A DNA stretch of 55,837 bases, counting the filler, from Jimgerdemannia flammicorona (taxonomy: Eukaryota): assembly GCA_003990765.1 (NCBI GenBank). It is 3 parts of 3 records of this genome, joined end to end, with 100 filler letters (N's around TTAATTAATTAA, not from the genome) between each part and the next. Parts side by side here need not be neighbours in the genome. Positions count along the whole stretch, not along the records: positions 37,298 to 55,837 come from RBNJ01002184.1; 2 more parts are not named here. One strand, written 5' to 3'. Both the position numbers and the translations under genes were made by a program. Positions within the stretch are counted from its first letter, which is position 1, and each line of letters opens with the position of its first letter. Under the pieces are notes generated by a model that did not search any database, had not been told where the DNA came from, and saw nothing but the letters and a program-made list of their open reading frames with translations. Positions 52,123 through 55,837 of this stretch are shown here, piece by piece.

Positions 52123-55100
52123 ATGAACAGTACAACTAACATTTTTTCTTTGAACATGAATGGGCTATGGGGTGCTGTTAGATGTAGAAACATTTTTAGT
52201 TGGCTGAAGGGATTGGAGGCCGATCTCTTCCTCTTGCAGGATGTCAGGTGTGAAGATGACTTTGATAGAATGGAATGGACAAAGGAATGGGGTAGCATGG
52301 CGATTTGGAATGGCAAGGTCAGGATTCTGGTTCAGAAAGACAGAGGGGAGATAAGAGATGTGAGGAGCTGGGGGGAGAGGCTGGTCTGGGGTAAATGGAT
52401 TCATACAGGCTGGGAGCCAGTTACAGTTGGCTCCTGTTACTGTCCTACTGTAAGGAGGGAGCATGTAGATTGGGTGAAGGGTCTCCAGGAGAGTGGGATC
52501 CTGGCAGAGGCTGGAGTGGATATGCTTGGGGGAGATTTCAATATGGTTCAGGATATACAGATGTATCGAACTGATGGAGGACAGGGTGCTGAGAGCAGGA
52601 GTGGGGGGCTGGCGATGTGGGAGGAAGTTGAAAGACTAGAAGTGCTGGTAGATGCTGGTAGGGAGTATTGAGGGGATAGGAGGGTATATACACATTGGGC
52701 TGGAGGCCTGGGGACAAGAATCGACTGGGTTCTGACAGCCAACTATTGGGGTTGTGATATTTGGAAGTCACTGGAGGTAGAATGGTGTCCATGGTTGGAT
52801 CACTGGGGCCTTTTGAGACAGAGGTACTTTGGGGGAAGTGGGGATGGACCTGGACATTGGTGCCTAAATTCCTCCTTATTAGATGATGAGTTCTGGTGGG
52901 AGGAGTGGGCTATAGACATTTAGCTGAGGGTGGAGAACTGGTGGCAGGAAGATGCCTCAATTGGGGTTCAGTGGATAAGGATGAAAGAGATGGCCAGAAT
53001 GTACTGGAGCAAGGCTGGCAAGATGGTAGGGAAGCAGTAATGGTAGAGAGTACACTGGGCTTCTACTAGATTAGCTAGGCTTCTAGAGAAGTGGGCGAGA
53101 CTGGCAATGGTAGAGAGAGAAGAAGATTGGAGAGTAATGAGGGCTAAGATAGAGGTTGGAGAACTACAACAGGTGCTGTGAGAAGAGGAAGAGGCAAGGG
53201 TGCAAAGCTTGGTGGCAAGGCTTCATTGGCAGGGACTGGAGGAAGGAGAGAGGCCTTCTAAGTTTCTCATGAGGACTCTTAGGGTGAGAAGGGTACAGCA
53301 ACAGTGGGAAGGGGTACTTGACTTGGAGGGTGTACTAGTGCATGGTGTACAGGATATTCTTGGATCTCTGAAGGAGTGATGGAGTGGATTGTAGAGTGAG
53401 GAGGAGGGGGGGGTGGATGCTACTGCCATTGAACAGATATTGGGGGATTGGCACTCACCATAAGTTGCGGGACTAGATGATCTGGTGATGTCTGTAAAGG
53501 AGGATGAGATCTACCAGATTCTTGCCATGACAGTCTCAGGTACAGCACCTGGGGAGGATGGCCTACTCTGGGACTTCTGGAAGCAAATGGTTGGAGTCCC
53601 AGATATGATGGGAGAGTTGACAGTATTATATGACTCTATATTGCAGACAGGGAGATGGGTGGGGGAGCAGGATCTGGGACTGGTGATGCTGCTTTATAAG
53701 AACAAAGGAAGGTGAGAGGATTGGAAGAACTGGTGGCCAATAATGTTGCTAGATATGGACAGAAAGTTGGTGACTAAGGTAGTGGTCACAAGACTATAAA
53801 AGGTAGCCCAGCAAGTTGTAGGGGTTGAGCAGAGGGGATTTGTGGGTGGTTGGCTCATTAGAGATGGTACAGCCTGGGTACATGGAGTTATTGAAGAGGC
53901 TAGAGCCTGTGGACTGGATGGGTGACTAGTCTTCTTGGACCAGGAGAAGGCTTATGACTGGGTGTGACAAGTCTGGCTAGCAAAAGTATTGGATAGAATA
54001 GGGTTTCTGATCCAATTTCGATCAGCAATGATCAGCCTACTGGAAGGGAGTAGGGCTGCACTCATGTGTAATGGGTATAGAGGAGTAGCATTCCCTCTGA
54101 GTAGGGGGGTGCCCCAGGGGGACCCACTGTCCCCCATCTTGTATGCTCTTTCCCTGGAATCCCTAATGGACAGAATTAGACAGAGGATAGTGGGGTTCTC
54201 TATCTATGGCATTGGGTGAAAAGTTGGGGCCTTTGCAGATGATATGGTGGTTGGTTTGGGATCAATTGCTGATGTCAAGAAGCTTAAGGAGACAGTAGGA
54301 GAACTCTGGGGTGAAGCTGAATTGGCACAAGTATGAAACAATGATGCTAGGTAATGGCCTGGTGAGAGGAGACATTATAGGAACAATTGTTCCCACCGGT
54401 GAGGCAGTATGGTACTTGGGCATCTATTTGTCAGTCTATGGGTCAGTTCTGCCCAGATTTTAGTAGAAGCAGTGAATTGGAATTTGGGGGAGGACCTGTG
54501 GGGTTGGGGGGGAAGACACTTTTCTCTGGTGGGACAGGTCTCGATTTTGAATATACATATATTGGCTGCCAAAGCTGTGGTATTTAACTTATCATCTGGA
54601 CTTCCCAGCCTGGGTAGTAAAGAGATTGGTGAAGGTGGCCAAGAAATGGATTTGGGCTGGCAGATGGAGCCAGAATGGTTGAGAGAACTTGTCCTTGCCA
54701 GTGGTAAGAGGTGGTCTTGGGCTGGTGGACTTTCCCAAATGACTACACTGCTTGAGGGCATAGTGGCTTAAGAGGGCAGTGGAGTTGTGAGGAGGGAGTT
54801 GGGTTCCTCTGCTGCAGAAGGTCTAGGAGAGGTAGTCATCACCAAGAGACTCAATTGGTGATCTTCTCTCATTGGTTGGACTTCAGAATACTGCACAATT
54901 GTGATATAGAGGTTTCTGGTGGGGGATAGTAGAGGGGGCACACTGCATTGATATTCACTAGCAGGAGAATAAGAGAGAGGAGGTCTGGGACCTAGCAATG
55001 TGGAGATGGGATGGCATACTGCTGGGCAGAGTGTCTTTACTTGAGTTCGACATTGGTGATGGTATAGAATACCAGAGGGGACCAGGCCAGAATCTGTGGC

Positions 55101-55760
55101 CTAGTGGATGGCAAGGAGTTGGAATTAGAGAAGAGTGGGACTGGCATAGTGTTTGGATCTGGAGTGCCGCAGTATAAAAATGGATACCACCGAAGTACTG
55201 AGTGGTCTGGTGGTGCATGCTGAGGAGGAATGTAATGCTCAACTTCCACTCAGAGCACCTTATTATAGGGGGCTGCTTTGACTGTGAGGAGTGCCACAAT
55301 GTAGAGCAGAAAGGGGGCTTTGTACAGATGCCAGAATATTGGCTAGGAGAGTATGAGGTATTGGGAGACTTTTGGCAGATCATCAGGGACTACTTGGAGG
55401 TGAGACATAGGAGAGATAAAGTACAAGAGAGGTGAGAGGACTTGAGGGATTGATTGGTAGGAGGGGTAGGAAAGGAGTAGATCACCTTAGGTTGGGCATT
55501 GACTATTTGGATTGAGCTGGCTGGTCACTGGCTATTTGTATTTGAGGATGAGAGGTGACAGAGCTTGGAGAGCCAGTTGTCATGGTGGCAGAGACTTATG
55601 GAAGACACCTTGACAGACTGGTGGCTTGGTTGGGGGCTGCAGGGGGGTTGGAGGTACCACTTAGTGGAGAAAATCTGTAGATAGAGTGGTGGGAGAGTTG
55701 GAGTTATTAGTGAGAGGGTGATCTTTATTCATGAAGGGGTGGGGAGGGGCTCCCCTATGG
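52123..55760 (+). pseudogene. LINE-A ORF2: APE endonuclease, RT, Cys-containing C-terminus
   Basis: NMNGL, ADLFLLQD, GGDFN, APGEDGL, FLDQEKAYD, GVPQGDPLSP, FADD (~54233-54243), CFDCEEC. Confidence 0.93.
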
Positions 55761-55837
55761 AGATCAGATAGTAGGTGGTGATACTGTATACTTATTCATA
55801 GACTGGTAATAAAGAAGGAGTCCAAGTGACTATAAAA

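Larger units (their letters stand above)
50031..55837 (+). mobile_element. LINE family A, copy 5: full length (~5.8 kb), least decayed
   Basis: Short 5'UTR, ORF1, ORF2, AATAAA and start of the A tail at the contig end. Confidence 0.95.

Overview
Eukaryotic, fungal-type DNA (GT-AG introns with CTRAC-type branch points; transposons decayed by C>T/G>A). The window is three contigs (1-18549, 18650-37197, 37298-55837; 18549, 18548 and 18540 bp) joined by artificial N44-TTAATTAATTAA-N44 spacers, so they are probably unlinked. Most of it is nested, decayed retroelements: five large copies and two tail stubs of an L1/Tx1-like LINE, two ~1.2-kb copies of a second poly(A) retroposon, a full-length dUTPase-bearing Ty3/Gypsy element plus an older copy, two further Gypsy-type LTR elements, a solo LTR and a Ty1/Copia element. 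Host sequence is one CpG-normal island (~12620-16060) holding the first two exons of a probable secreted GH18 (Cts1-like) chitinase, plus a probable F-box/LRR pseudogene. The most interesting signal is an accessory ORF family I do not recognise. It lies between integrase and the 3' LTR in one Gypsy family but inside the LTR itself (U3) in two others, including a TSD-flanked solo LTR. All calls are from manual reading; boundaries of decayed elements are approximate.
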